64,000 bases of DNA. Origin: Eledone cirrhosa. Taxonomy: Eukaryota. Position numbers and translations under genes: made by a program. Each line of letters starts with the position of its first letter. Within the stretch, counting starts at the first letter, position 1. The notes beneath the pieces were generated by a model that did not search any database, had not been told where the DNA came from, and saw only the letters and a program-made list of their open reading frames with translations. Of the stretch, positions 11,688 to 24,914 are shown in pieces. The stretch lies in NCBI GenBank assembly GCA_964016885.1, contig OZ024741.1:93248001-93312000 (forward strand), written 5' to 3'.

Positions 11688-14600
11688 CATCATCATCATC
11701 ATCATCAACGTTTAACGTCCGTGTTCCACGCTTGCATGGGTTTGGACGGGGGTAGTCCCACTTGAGGCAAGAGTGATTGTCTTGCTCGCATAGGACTGTC
11801 TGGCAGGTTTTCTACAGTTGGATGCCCTTCCTAACACCAACCACATTTACAGTGTGGGTCTGGGAGGTTTTTACCGTGTTGCCTACACGGCCACATTACA
11901 GCGTGGACTGTGTGTTTTTTTGTCGTGACACCTACACGATCTCATTTGTTTCGGCCTGGATGGCGCGGCACCAACATAACTTTACATAGAACGGGGTGGT
12001 GTGGATGGGGTGGGGGTGGCGGCGGGAGGGGTGTATTTTGTTAGAGATGCCTACTGGCAAGGCGGGTCTTCTCTGTTACTGAGTACCGCCAAAGGTCACG
12101 GTCCAGTGACATTGTCTTGGAGAGGTGTAAGTGTGTGAGGTCGGAGTTTATCAGCTCATCCCATGTTTTTCTAGGTCTGCCTATTCCGTGGCTACCGTCT
12201 ATCTTTATTGCCCTGCACTTTGTAATACAGCTATCGACTTTCATGCGCATCACGTGTCCATACCAACGCAGCCTTCTCTCGAGTAAACAACATCTGATCC
12301 CTCTTATCTCTAATTTTTTCCTTAGTTCGTTTATGCTTTGCCGTTCACGTATATTACTGTTACACATCCAGCGGAGCATGCAAGCTTCGTTCCTCTCTAG
12401 TCTGCGTATATCCTCTGCACACAATGCCCAGGTCTCACTACCATGCAACATTGCTGTTCGTATGCAGGCATCGTACAACCTGCCTTTCATTTTTAGGGAG
12501 AACCCTTTAGCAGCTAATAGTGGTATAAGCTCTCTGAACTTTTTCCAACCAGTTCTGACTCTAGCTACAGTACTTTCAGAGCACCCTCCCCCACTGCTGA
12601 TTTTATCGCCCAGGTAACGGAAGCTGTCCACTATTTCTATAAAACCCTCTGCGCAATTGAAAGAGCTAGTATTTTGTGGGCACTTGCTGCTACTTATTGC
12701 ACCAGAACACCGGCCACATGTAAAGTCTATGTTCTTAGTTAGCTTACCTGTGATCCCACTACATCTTTTATGCACCCATACTTTGCATTTAGGACATAAG
12801 ATGGAGTTTCTACCTACGCCTTTCCTACATACCGAGCACGACCATTTCCCAGAAGGGACCGCCGCCTTGTTTTCTTTCCTACAAACTAGAACTTTGGTCT
12901 TAGCCAGGTTAATTTTAAGTCCTTTTGACTCTAGGCCGTGCTTCCATGTTTGGAATTTCTTCTCTAGCTCGGCCATTGATTCCGCTATGAGTGTCAGGTC
13001 GTCTGCGTATAGGAGTTCCCATGGGCAGCCTGTCTTGAACTCCTCTGTTATAGCCTGAAGGGCAATAATAAATAGTAGGGGGCTGAGAACAGAGCCCTGA
13101 TGGACGCCAACTTTTACGCTAAACTCTTCACTATATTCGTTGTTAATTCTAACCTTGCTGACTGTTTCTTTATACATGGCTTGTATAGCCCTCACAAGCC
13201 ATTCGTCAACGCCTAGTTTTCTAAGAGCCCACCAGATAATGGAGCGGGGGACTCTGTCGAAGGCTTTCTCCAGGTCGACAAAAGCTAAGTAGAGGGGTTT
13301 ACCTTTAGCTAGGTACTTCTCCTGTAGTTGTCGTACTATGAAAAGAGCGTCTGTGGTGCTTTTGCCTGACACAAACCCGAACTGCATTTCATCTAGATCA
13401 ATTCTCTCTCTGATTAGTTGCGCTATTACTTTTTCCGTGACCTTCATGACCTGGTCGATTAATTTAATGCCTCTATAGTTACTCCTATCTAGGGCGTCTC
13501 CTTTACCCTTATAACAGTTAACGATGATGCTGCTATGCCAGTCCTTCGGAACAACCCCATTCTGTACGACTTGGTTAACTATGCGGGTGACCATGGTGTG
13601 TCCCACCGTGCCAGATGCCTTCAGCATCTCAGCAACTATTTCCGAAGGCCCAGCCGCCTTACCAGTCTTCATATCCTTGATTGCCTTACTTATTATACTC
13701 CCCTCGACTAACACTGCTGGTCCCTCTATCGGGTCGATATGGGGGAGACTGTCTTTCTCCCATTTATTCTCCTCATTTAGTAGCCTTTCATAGTGACACT
13801 TCCAAGCTACCTTCTTATCAGTGTCGGTGATGGCAAGTATGCCATCATCGTTAAGTACACACTTCTCCCCGACAATATCATGGTTTTCCTTGACGCATTG
13901 CCTGGCAATCCTGAACACCTCACGTTTTTGGTCATCGCGTTGTAGAACATGCTTGAACTTTCTTTCCTCAGCTTCCCTTCTTGCTAAGTACACTTCTCTC
14001 CTAGCTTCCCTCCTGGCCACTTGATAGTCTACTCTACTTCCCCCATCCCGCCATACTTTCCAAGCCTGCTTTTTGGCCTTAATTGACCCCTCCACCTTAC
14101 TGTTCCACCACCATGTTACTCTCCTCCTGCCTACAGGCCTGCTCCAGCCACAGACTTCGTCTGTCGCCAACAGCAGGTTAGCTTTCAGAAATTTCCACTG
14201 TCCCTCTATATTGTCCGATTCTAGATGCTCTTCCTTACTGTCGAAAGCATCAAGTAATATGCTTTGAAATTTATTTCTGGCTGTGGGGTCTTTTAGTTTC
14301 CATATTTTCCTCCTGAGGATAGTCCTCTTCTGCTGTCGGGTGCGTCTCGTCCTGACTATGAGGTCGCTAATTATCAGTCTATGTTGGGAGGTGCATTCTT
14401 CATGGGGGAGGGATTTAGTGTTTACAACAGACACTCTGTCACGTCTTCTGGTAAGGATATAATCTACCTGGCTTGTGTGTTCCCCGGATCTATAGGTAAT
14501 CAGGTGATTGTCACGTTTTTTGAAGTTAGTGTTACAGATAGTTAGGTTATTTGCATCACAGTATTCCAGAATTCTGGAGCCTTCCTCATTTCTAGTACCA

Positions 14601-15169
14601 AACCCATAGCCTCCATGGATTTCGTCATAGCCGTCACAATGTTGTCCAACGTGACCATTTAGGTCGCCTGCAATAATTATATAGTCACTGTCAGATATTT
14701 GGGAGGTAGTTAGCAACAGTGTCTCATAGAATCTGTCTTTTATAGTGCCGGGCAGTCCGGATTGGGGTGCGTACGCAGATATTACTGTCACCGTAGTTCT
14801 ATTGAGGACAAGTCTTATTTTAATTATTCTGTCGTTCACTCTATTTACGTCTATTATCTTATCTGCCCACTTTTCTGCTACCATGATTCCTACTCCACCC
14901 AGCCCATCGTCGTTTCCCACCCAGAAAAGCTTATAACATCGTTTTTTACCCTCAATGAATCTAGCAGACCCACCCCTCCACCTGGTCTCTTGAATACAAC
15001 AAACATCGACCTCCTTACGTTCAAGCATTTCTACAACCTCGTTAGAGCGACCCTTTAGGGTGCCTACATTTATGGTACCAACTCTGAAGTTTTGGGTTGC
15101 GTTTGGAGGGTGGGGGTGGTGGGGGGCGGGAGGAGATAGGGTTATGTTAGCCATCCGCGGACGAAACAA
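11688..15169 (-). mobile_element. RTE-clade LINE copy 1 (5' UTR truncated, ORF open)
   Basis: Open ORF, 3' UTR and (GAT)n tail. Both ends abut (TA)n. Confidence 0.93.
12041..15169 (-). CDS. LINE ORF: APE endonuclease + reverse transcriptase + PHD-like zinc finger
   Basis: [26 protein letters not shown]; [21 protein letters not shown]; C4HC3 pattern CSVC..CPKC..HKRC..CGRC. The likely ATG is at 'MANIT'. Confidence 0.92.
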   Translation of the reverse strand: MFRPRMANITLSPPAPHHPHPPNATQNFRVGTINVGTLKGRSNEVVEMLERKEVDVCCIQETRWRGGSARFIEGKKRCYKLFWVGNDDGLGGVGIMVAEKWADKIIDVNRVNDRIIKIRLVLNRTTVTVISAYAPQSGLPGTIKDRFYETLLLTTSQISDSDYIIIAGDLNGHVGQHCDGYDEIHGGYGFGTRNEEGSRILEYCDANNLTICNTNFKKRDNHLITYRSGEHTSQVDYILTRRRDRVSVVNTKSLPHEECTSQHRLIISDLIVRTRRTRQQKRTILRRKIWKLKDPTARNKFQSILLDAFDSKEEHLESDNIEGQWKFLKANLLLATDEVCGWSRPVGRRRVTWWWNSKVEGSIKAKKQAWKVWRDGGSRVDYQVARREARREVYLARREAEERKFKHVLQRDDQKREVFRIARQCVKENHDIVGEKCVLNDDGILAITDTDKKVAWKCHYERLLNEENKWEKDSLPHIDPIEGPAVLVEGSIISKAIKDMKTGKAAGPSEIVAEMLKASGTVGHTMVTRIVNQVVQNGVVPKDWHSSIIVNCYKGKGDALDRSNYRGIKLIDQVMKVTEKVIAQLIRERIDLDEMQFGFVSGKSTTDALFIVRQLQEKYLAKGKPLYLAFVDLEKAFDRVPRSIIWWALRKLGVDEWLVRAIQAMYKETVSKVRINNEYSEEFSVKVGVHQGSVLSPLLFIIALQAITEEFKTGCPWELLYADDLTLIAESMAELEKKFQTWKHGLESKGLKINLAKTKVLVCRKENKAAVPSGKWSCSVCRKGVGRNSILCPKCKVWVHKRCSGITGKLTKNIDFTCGRCSGAISSSKCPQNTSSFNCAEGFIEIVDSFRYLGDKISSGGGCSESTVARVRTGWKKFRELIPLLAAKGFSLKMKGRLYDACIRTAMLHGSETWALCAEDIRRLERNEACMLRWMCNSNIRERQSINELRKKLEIRGIRCCLLERRLRWYGHVMRMKVDSCITKCRAIKIDGSHGIGRPRKTWDELINSDLTHLHLSKTMSLDRDLWRYSVTEKTRLASRHL

Positions 15170-15193
15170 ATAAATATATATATATATAAATAA

Positions 15194-15226
<33 letters not shown>

Positions 15227-15403
15227 TATATATATAAATAAATATATATATATAAATAAATATATATATATAAATAAATATATATATATATATAAATATA
15301 TATGTAAATAAATATATATATATATAAATAAATATATATATATATAAATAAATATATATATATATAAATAAATATATATATATATAAATAAATATATATA
15401 TAA

Positions 15404-15438
<35 letters not shown>

Positions 15439-15485
15439 TATATACGATATTAAATAAATGGAAACTATATTTATAAAACCATATT

Positions 15486-15550
15486 TATTTCATTATACAT
15501 ATTTCAGGGATACCAAATTAAAATATGGTATGCCTTCATCAGACAAAATA
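15486..15550 (-). ncRNA. Type I hammerhead ribozyme
   Basis: TATTTTGT-CTGATGA-AGGCATACCA..TGGTATCCCT-GAA-ATATGTAT-A-ATGAAATA. Confidence 0.75.
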
Positions 15551-16935
15551 CAATATATAAACAGTTTTATAAATAATTTTGACGTACCCTATTAGATGCG
15601 ACCATTATTTTTGGAAGCTGTCTGGATAGTGAGATGTTTATAATTATTTTATTAGTTATAGTGTTAAGCACAGTTAGAAAAAAGACGGAGAGAAAGAAAA
15701 AACGGAGAGAGAGAAGGAGAGAGAAAAAAAGGGGAGAGAGATAAGGAAGATATATATAAATAGATAGGAGGAAATGAAAAAGAAAGAAAAAAGAAAGAAA
15801 TAAGACAAAAGAAAGCAACAGAGAGATAATAATTCATCATACAGATAGAGTAACTCAAGAGAGAGGAAGTACTATATAGAGAGGGGAGGATATAGTGACA
15901 ACTTTACGTCATGTCATATTAAGTTGAATTAACAATTCATATGAAATGAATAATAAAAATGTAAATATCAATATTCATGAATGAGACATAGATATATAAT
16001 ATGATAAAATAACATTGTTCAATAATGACCATATGTTTAGTTTAAAACCTTGAGGTCATTATACCAAAATCTGAGTTAAAACCTTCAAAATTTACCCTAT
16101 TTATAAAAATACGGATACACATATGTATATATATATACACGCATATGTACGTTCTGAAAAAAGAGAAAATTATGTCTACTCCAGTCAATAATATAGACAT
16201 ACAAATGATTTTACTTGATCACTTCTATACATTACTTGTGTTATAAAAAATTTCACAGTATATATACATAAAAATATGATTAATATCCATGTCCTCACAT
16301 ATATGATTACCGTTCATGTATTTAATATTATGCATATCTGCACCATACATCAACATATACACACCCAACCATAGATACACATATATATGTATAAATAAAT
16401 ATCTGCGCGAGTTTTCCAGCATCGTTATGCATATATACAGACATATATACGAACACATAAATAGACTCTATAAACCTTTTATATGCATGTTAATACACAC
16501 AAATGGCCTTTGTATAGAGATAATCAAATATCAATATATTAATACAGAAATATCAAAGTATTAAATATCTTTAACACACTATAGAGTATCTCAAGTTAAA
16601 ACAATATGTTTTATATATTTATTATAGAAATCTATCCTACCTATATCTCAAACAAGATATTGCAAGGGTAGACATATGAAAGTTATTAGAAGCTATCAGA
16701 GTCAAAAAACAAATAAAAAACAAAAATAATTTAAAAGATTTAGAAGACCCAGTGATTCTACGGATGTCCTTATATTTAGTATAGAAATTTATCTTACGTA
16801 AATTTTATTTAATACATTTTATTTAATACATTTATAAAATAATTATAAACATCTCACTATCCAGACAGCTTCCAAAAATAATGGTCGCATCTAATAGGGT
16901 ACGTCAAAATTATTTATAAAACTGTTTATATATTG

Positions 16936-17000
16936 TATTTTGTCTGATGAAGGCATATCATATTTTAATTTGGTATCCCTGAAATATGTATAATGAAATA
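16936..17000 (+). ncRNA. Type I hammerhead ribozyme (inverted copy)
   Basis: TATTTTGT-CTGATGA-AGGCATATCA..TGGTATCCCT-GAA-ATATGTAT-A-ATGAAATA. Confidence 0.75.
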
Positions 17001-17171
17001 AATATGGTTTTATAAATATAGTTTCCATCTATTTAATATCGTATATCTACTCCAAAAACTTGTCGAGTGCTTTATATCAGTTATAAAATATTTACTTGTT
17101 GTATCCCAACAATGTTAAATAGAACTTTTGCATATAAATATATATATATATATAAATATATATATATATGA

Positions 17172-17232
<61 letters not shown>

Positions 17233-18069
17233 TATATATATATATATAATATATATATAAATAAATATATATATATAAATATATATATATATAAATAAAT
17301 AAATATATATATATATATAAATAAATATATATATATAAATATATATATATATAAATAAATAAATATATATATATATATAAATAAATATATATATATAAAT
17401 AAATATATATATATATAAATAAATATATATATATATATAAATATATATATAAATAAATATATATATATATATACATATACATATAACGGCGATGAATTAG
17501 TTTTGCGAGGTATTTTATATGAAATCGTGTGTCGAAACAAATATTGTTATACTTGGGGAGGGTCATATTTGTGTAATATTGCCAGAATTAATAACAGAAC
17601 ACACTCACTGTTTGGTTGGTTTTCGCTTTTCGCTTCTGTCTCTTTTATATTGGTAATCTAATTTATTCGGTCCTCAATGTTGCCATTGACTGACCAATGG
17701 TCAAAAATAATACAGATACAATATTGACACAAACACATATATATAGTTTATTAGAGTTCTTTCGTTGCACATCTGCAACATCGTCAGTGGTGCTATTGTT
17801 TCCTCCTGTTGCATTGTATGTCTACGCCATTTTTATTTAGTCTGTCTATATATTTATTTATTTATTTATTTGTTTGTTCATTTTATTTTGTCTTCTTTGC
17901 GCATGCGTTTGCGTGTGTGTATAGTGTTTTGTTTGATGTGTGTTCGTGATTGGCTGACTAGTGTGTGTTTATATGTGTTTGTTGTTATTGTGCTTGTGTA
18001 TGTATTTATTTATTTATTTATCTATTTATTTGTACTTCTCTTAGGTCAGTGTTGTTTGTTTGGGTGTTG

Positions 18070-18788
18070 TTGTTATTCCATTCATTCTTTCTGTTTAGTC
18101 TTGGCCTTCTAAGTTCTATTTCACTGGCCTCTTTGATTTACCTATCTGCTGGGTCATTTCTATGTTTAGATATTATTCTAATTTCTATGTTGTCTATGTT
18201 ACCGTCGTGTTGTTGTCTGGCATATTCGTATAGTACTGACCCGTTTTTTCGTCCTTTTAGTTCCCCCCAGTGTTGGTCTATCCTTTCGCCTATGCTACGA
18301 ACTGTCTCGCCTATGTATGTTGTTGTCATGTTTCTGCAAGTACCCTCTGTACATCTTATGCTATAGACTACGTTTCTAGTTTTACAGTTTATCCGGGGGT
18401 TTACCTTACATATGATACATTTCCTATTGGTACAGTGGGTTTTCCTAAAAGGGTAGGTTTTGCTGATCAGGGATTTTATGGTGGTTCCTGGCTTTTCTAC
18501 CACCTTAATCTTTAAGTGGGTCTTTCTCAGGGCCTTTCTACACTGGTTAGCTAATTTCCCTCCAGAGGTAGCGTCCACAAACATGACACTCTGGTTGTCG
18601 TACCATGAGGTGGCTTTCCCTATCTTATGTCTAGCCCTATCTAAGCTATTCCATGATTTGCTCCTGTATAACGGGCAAATTCCTTTCATGTCCAGTTCTA
18701 TGAGGGTCTTATACTTCTCCATGGCTCCTTCGTATACTCTGACTCTGTCTCTTTGGTTGTAGCCAGAGAACTGGTGTCGGTCCGACAA
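18070..18788 (-). pseudogene. Penelope-like element C-terminal GIY-YIG endonuclease fragment
   Basis: CTNRKCIIC..CKTRNVVYSIRC..TYIGETVRSIGERIDQH, followed by an in-frame stop. Confidence 0.85.
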
Positions 18789-19417
18789 AGGTGTCAGTCA
18801 GACAGTGTCACAGTCGGTGCGACAAAGCGATCGATGCAATTTAAAAAAATTTAACTCACATGTTTACCTATATTTTCGCAATGATAGATTGGTACAAAAA
18901 ATAGCTTTGATAATAAACATAAATTTTTAACGAAGTATTTAAAAAGCATTTTAGCAGTGAAAAGTGAAGTAATGTTTCACACTGACGCAAGTAGGGCCGT
19001 TCAGAAATGATGTAGTCAATTAGGAGGAGGGGAGTCGGCGATTTGACTAACGTAATCATAATCACAAGAGTTCCGCCGAAAAAAATTCGTCATTTCTGGA
19101 TGACCCCGTAGAGAGAGAGAGACTCGTAATTACCTCCCCTTGTTATCTCGGGCCGATTCTTCTCATAGATGCATCAAATGCACATAGCGTCACGCTTACT
19201 ACTCACTCACTTGAACACAAGATTTATTAGCAAATTTGATTATAAACTTTTTCCCGCTGGACCAAATTTCTAGATTTTTAAGCCAAAAGATGCGTAATGA
19301 TCTACTGTTCATGCTCATATAAGTTTTATCTCAGTTAAATAAAGTAGAGCCGCGCTGTACTGTCGTAAACAGACGATTGCCAACAAAAACACGACCACAA
19401 CAATATTACTAAACGGA

Positions 19418-21050
19418 CTACCGTCCGTTTAGGATAGAACTAATCATAGAATTAGGGTGGTTGGAATTAGGATTAACGTAAGAGAGTGTCTCATTTGGCT
19501 TGTGGAAGGGTTTATAATCATTAGTGACCAAGTCCAATGTCACATCTAAAAAGTTAACTGCTCTATCATTCTTATCAATCGTGATCGAAAGGTTAAAATT
19601 TTGAAAAAATTTATATAACTTCTTCCTATTATGTTCAATGCTATTAGTACTAGAGTTTATCACAAATAATGCATTGTCACGATAAAGTCCACCTTTAAGG
19701 TGCGGAAAGCTAACAAAGTTCGTTCAAGAGGTACAGCCCAACAAGATCAGTTACCTGCGCAGAATCACTCGAACCCATGGTAACGTCAAAGTTGTTGGGT
19801 GTGTTTTTACGCGTCCAAAGTGTATCCTCGAATTTGATGATAGTCCCACGGGCGGCTAGTATAACATCAATCTGGGGTTGTGTAAGACTAGACATTCGCA
19901 TGGCCATAATTAAGGCTTTATTAAGGAGGATAGGTGATATCGACGTGTAATAGGCGTCTATATCAAACTGGATAAACCTACTAGACTTAAGCTTATTAAT
20001 ACCAGAGAACCAATCAATAACATCCATAGTATTCCCCCAAAGATTAAAATGAACCTTTTCCCTAACGGTAGGTATAATCAGGTCAAGAATTTTCTTGCTA
20101 ATTATAGCTATATCAGACTTAGAAGGACTGATAAGTCTAACAGTAGGATTACTTAAGAAGTCTACCTTATGATCCTTAAGTGTGAATCTCGGTTCCCTAG
20201 AGTAATATGGTTGGGTATACTTATCAAGACCCAGATCCGAAACTATCTTGAGGCCCTCATTATTAATTTGATCTAAATTATCCTGCGTTGTCTTTTTGTA
20301 ATTTTTAAGTAGCTCCTTATAAATAAAATTACGGTAGGCAATATAATCCATAGAGTAAAGATTCTTAGTCTTGTCAGCCGGGACAAGAATAGACTTATTC
20401 CCTTTAAAATCCTTAACAATATTCTTAAGTTTAGACTGGAACCTGTCAAATTTATTATAGTTCCCATATTTATTATGGGGCTTATATTTAATATTTTTGA
20501 CAAGGGAAAGTAAATTGTTCTCAAAACTATCCAATAGAACATTATGCGGTGGACTTTTATAAGTCTTGAAGCCAAAGTTATTGAATGGAGTCTTATCCCG
20601 GGGGTTAATTAAATTCCTATTACCATCAAAGTGGAAAGCACGCCAACTAATCCGTTTTACGAAAGAGTTAACGCTAGCAATCAAGAGTTTTTCATAAGTA
20701 TTTCTAGAGGGGATGGGAATATTCTTCAGAGATAAAGGCAAATAGCTCTTTGTTAGCATACTGTCAGATGTATATAAAGGCCAAAACATCAGTATATAGG
20801 ATAAAGCTCAACCAATCGGGGGCCGTAATAAGATTAAAATACTTGAGTGCGTTGGAGTTAAACACACTCGTCATATTAGAGAAATGACAGTAAAGGTATA
20901 GCTCAATGTAATTCAACAGAGCCGTAAAATTATAAAAGGTAAAAAATAAACAAAGAAGCCTTCAATACATCAAAAGTCTTTATTAGCTGACAGTGTTTCG
21001 TCCCATTAATAGGGACTCATCAGAGCAAGTAAAGAGACAAGTATTAACGG
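19418..21050 (-). mobile_element. Penelope-like element, 5' part with RT (3' truncated, frameshifted)
   Basis: SLKNIPIPS, PADKTKN, TLKDHK, FIQFDIDAYYTSI, MGSSDSAQVTDLVGLY, GGLYRDN, NFLDVTLDL. A hammerhead lies upstream. Confidence 0.88.
20984..21028 (-). ncRNA. Minimal type I hammerhead ribozyme upstream of the PLE ORF
   Basis: GCT-CTGATGA-GTCCC-TATTAAT-GGGAC-GAAAC-ACT-GTC-AGC. Confidence 0.85.
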
Positions 21051-21279
21051 CCAGAACAAGCCAAAACGCCGAAGAACAGGGAATTTATATCTATGAAAAC
21101 TTAGGAAAGACAACATGGAAAGATATGCTAAAGCTAAAAGTGTGCATTTGCAAATATAGACTATAGGGCAAGAGAGAGAGTAATATGTCAAACCCATGTT
21201 GAAAGTACAGTATAAGACAAATACATGAAACACAACATGGTAATACGATGTGAGAATTATAAGAATTATAATATGATAT

Positions 21280-22400
21280 AGAATCATCTTGTCTGGAAAG
21301 TCCTCAAGATCCAGCCAGCGAGTCGTCTGCACATTGTCGCCACTTTCATGATGTGTGAAGAAAAAGATGCATCATCGCTCATGTCTATGCCCAGGTCTCG
21401 TACCGATTTTGACACGGGGATATCGGTCCCTCCTGGTCCTGTGTAGTTGTGTTTGCAGTTTTGTTTGGAGGTTTGTATTGTAGGGCTTGGAATTTGCCAG
21501 CATTAAACTGCATATTGTTTTCTTCTGCCCATTTGTATATGGCATCCAGATTCTGCTGTAAAAGGGCATCGTTTTTGATTGCCTGTGCTACCTTAGTGTC
21601 ATCAGCATAGCTAGTGAGGGATGTTGTTGTATGTACTACAGAGGGCACGTCTGAGAGAGCCACCGAAAACAGTAGTGGTCCCAGGACTGTCTCCTGGGGC
21701 ACCCCACTTGTTATCGGTGTTTCCTTTGAGAGAGCCCCATTTGCTGCGACTGCCTGGCTTCTGTCCCTTAAGAAGCCATGCAGCCACTCACCTACTTTTC
21801 CAGTTATGCCGAGTCCGTGTAGTTTGTGACATATCATTCCGTGGTCGACCTTGTCAAAGGCCTTCGCAAAGTCAAGATATATCACGTCTACATGTGAGCT
21901 GTCTAGTAGTTGTCTCAGTACCCAGTCGTAGTGATGTAGCAGCTGTGTAAGGCAGCTTCTTCCTGGGCGGAAGCCATGTTGCGTGCTAGTCAGGCGGTCA
22001 TTTTCCTCTAGGAAAGTGATCAGTTTCTTTCTGACGACTCGCTCCATGACCTTACTGATATGCGACGTCAAGGAGACTGGCCTATAGTTTTTGGCCTCCG
22101 CTCTGCTACCTCCTTTATGGATAGGGCATATTGTGCCTTCTTTCAGCTCCCTGGGTAGTACACCGCTAGCCAAGGAGCTTCTGAAGAGCATCTTCAGTGG
22201 AGTTGCTAAGGCCCGCTTACATATTTTTAAGAGAACTGCTGGGAATCCATCAGGTCCAGCAGCCGAGTCTGTTCTAATTTCATCAATGGCGTACACCACA
22301 TCCTTCTCCGTTATGTCTATGTGGTTGATGGTTGCCATTTCTTCATGTAGTGTTGTGGCATCAAAGAACTCCTCTGGCTTTGTTATTTTTGCTTGGTGGA
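21280..22400 (-). pseudogene. CR1-group LINE reverse transcriptase fragment
   Basis: AAGPDGF, NYRPVSLTS, QHGFRPGRSC, YLDFAKAFDKVDH, SGVPQETVLGPLLF, YADD. Confidence 0.88.
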
Positions 22401-23485
22401 GACCCATCAGCCATGGTCCACCCCTTGATCAAAACCGCTAGTTCCATCCTTGACCAGTTTCGCTGACTCCTAATTTCACCTTTTTCCTGTATGCAGTCCA
22501 TTTCGCTGTGGAGGGGAGAAAGAGAGATAGTGGGAAGTGTAGGGTAGAGGTTAGAGAGGGACAGAGGGAGGGAGATATAAGTCCAGTGAGATATTGAAAG
22601 CGATTTAGAGGAAAAGCGAGAGAGCTTGTGCGATCTAGAGAGAGAGAAAAAGAAACAGAAGAAAAGGGGAGAGAGACAGAAGCGAGGAGCGAGAGAGATA
22701 GCGGGAAGAGTGGGGGGAAAGGTTAGAGAGAGAGAGAGGAGATAGATATGTCCGGTGAGAAATTCAAGGTGCGATTCATGAAATAAAAATAAAATTAAAA
22801 TAAAATAAGATGAATCGAAGATAAATTTTAAATTAATTGAATGAATGAAAGAAACTGAAAACGTTAAAGATATAGAAACACGATGTAAGTTGTATATAAG
22901 TTGAATTTAAATGTTAGTTTACAAATATAAATAACGGGAACCGTATAGATTGACCATAGTTATTGAAATATCAATGTATCAAACAAGAAACAACAAACAC
23001 ACATGCTCACCGAGTCAAAAACAAATGAAATTATATTAAATTAAATTATGTTACTCAGAAAAATCAAAATAATACAAGATCTACTTAAGTTAAATTAAAA
23101 TTACTCTGTATGGTAGTCAAAGAAAAGAAAAATAGAAAGCACGTGTGTGTGTGTTGTTTTTAGAAGGGTATCACACGGGGAAAATAAACATGTTTAAAAC
23201 GCTAATATATGTAAAATATACTTCAAAATAATTGCGTCAAAGCACAAAAACTTATCTTTTTTGTATGTTTTCCTTGTCTTCTGAAAAATTAAAGCCATAC
23301 ATAAATCCGATTACTGTCGATTTAAAATATTAAAATTTCAAATCCAGTTTCACTGAGGAACGGGAATCATATGATTCCAGTTCCTCAGTGAAATAACAAC
23401 CCAACCAGGAACTGGGCGTATCAGAGTATTGACAATATTATACACCTCAACAACATATGTACTTGTCTATACCATACTAATTCAA

Positions 23486-23540
23486 ACTGCCTGAAGAGGT
23501 CACAGCCAAAGATGGCTGTCACTGAAATATATATAGCAGT
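23486..23540 (+). ncRNA. Type I hammerhead ribozyme in a PLE pseudo-LTR remnant
   Basis: ACTGC-CTGAAGA-GGTCACAGCCA-AAGA-TGGCTGTCACT-GAA-ATATATAT-A-GCAGT, followed by AATAAA. Confidence 0.82.
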
Positions 23541-23590
23541 AATAAACGAAGCTAAATTTTAATGATTTGACTTTTTATTTAACTTTATTT

Positions 23591-23647
<57 letters not shown>

Positions 23648-23890
23648 ATATATATTTATATATATATATATATTTATTTATATATATATATTTATTTATA
23701 TATATTTATATATATATATATATTTATTTATATATATATATTTATATATATATAAATATATATATTTATTTATATATATATATTTATTTATATATATATA
23801 TTTATATATATATAAATATATATATATATTTATTTATATATATATATTTATATATATATAAATATATATTTATATATATATATATTTATT

Positions 23891-23923
<33 letters not shown>

Positions 23924-23937
23924 ATATTTATTTATAT

Positions 23938-24691
23938 CATCATCATCATCATCATCAACGTTTAACGTCCGTGTTCCACGCTTGCATGGGTTTGGACGGG
24001 GGTAGTCCCACTTGAGGCAAGAGTGATTGTCTTGCTCGCATAGGACTGTCTGGCAGGTTTTCTACAGTTGGATGCCCTTCCTAACACCAACCACATTTAC
24101 AGTGTGGGTCTGGGAGGTTTTTACCGTGTTGCCTACACGGCCACATTACAGCGTGGACTGTGTGTTTTTTTGTCGTGACACCTACACGATCTCATTTGTT
24201 TCGGCCTGGATGGCGCGGCACCAACATAACTTTACATAGAACGGGGTGGTGTGGATGGGGGGGGGGGGTGTATTTGTTAGAGATGCCTACTGGCTGGAGT
24301 AGGTTTTACTATATATTTAGGTAAGGCGGGTCTTCTCTGTTACTGAGTACCGCCAAAGGTCTCGGTCCAGTGACATTGTCTTGGAGAGGTGTAAGTGTGT
24401 GATGTCGGAGTTTATCAGCTCGTCCCAGGTTTTTCTAGGTCTGCCTATTCCGTGACTACCGTCTATCTTTATTGCCCTGCACTTTGTTATACAGCTATCG
24501 ACTTTCATGCGCATCACGTGTCCATACCAACGTAGCCTTCTCTCGAGTAAACAACATCTGATCCCTCTTATCTCTAATTTTTTCCTTAGTTCGTTTATGC
24601 TTTGCCGTTCACGTATATTACTGTTACACATCCAGCGGAGCATGCAAGCTTCCGTATATTACTGTTACACATCCAGCGGAGCATGCAAGCT
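23938..24691 (-). mobile_element. RTE-PHD family, 5'-truncated copy
   Basis: Near-identical to 11688-12390, with a (GAT)n tail; inserted in (TA)n. Confidence 0.92.
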
Positions 24692-24914
24692 TATATATAT
24701 ATATTTATTTATATATATAAATTTATATATATATAAATATATATATTTATATATATATATATATTTATATATATATAAATATATATATATATTTATATAT
24801 ATATATATTTATTTATATATATTTATTTATATATATATATTTATATATATATATATATTTATATATATAAATATATATTTATATATATAAATATATATAT
24901 ATATTTATTTATAT

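Larger units (their letters stand above)
15441..17045. mobile_element. PLE-type remnant bounded by ~210-bp inverted repeats (15441-15650 / 16836-17045), each carrying a hammerhead
   Basis: The two arms are near-perfect reverse complements and enclose a non-coding AT-rich interior. Confidence 0.75.

Noticed and set aside
12117-15058. Plus-strand ORFs over LINEs (here and over other elements)
   Set aside because: They are antisense shadows of the RT ORFs with no recognisable motifs.
22440-22480. GAAACTGGTC on the minus strand as a hammerhead
   Set aside because: No upstream CTGANGA with a matching stem I was found.
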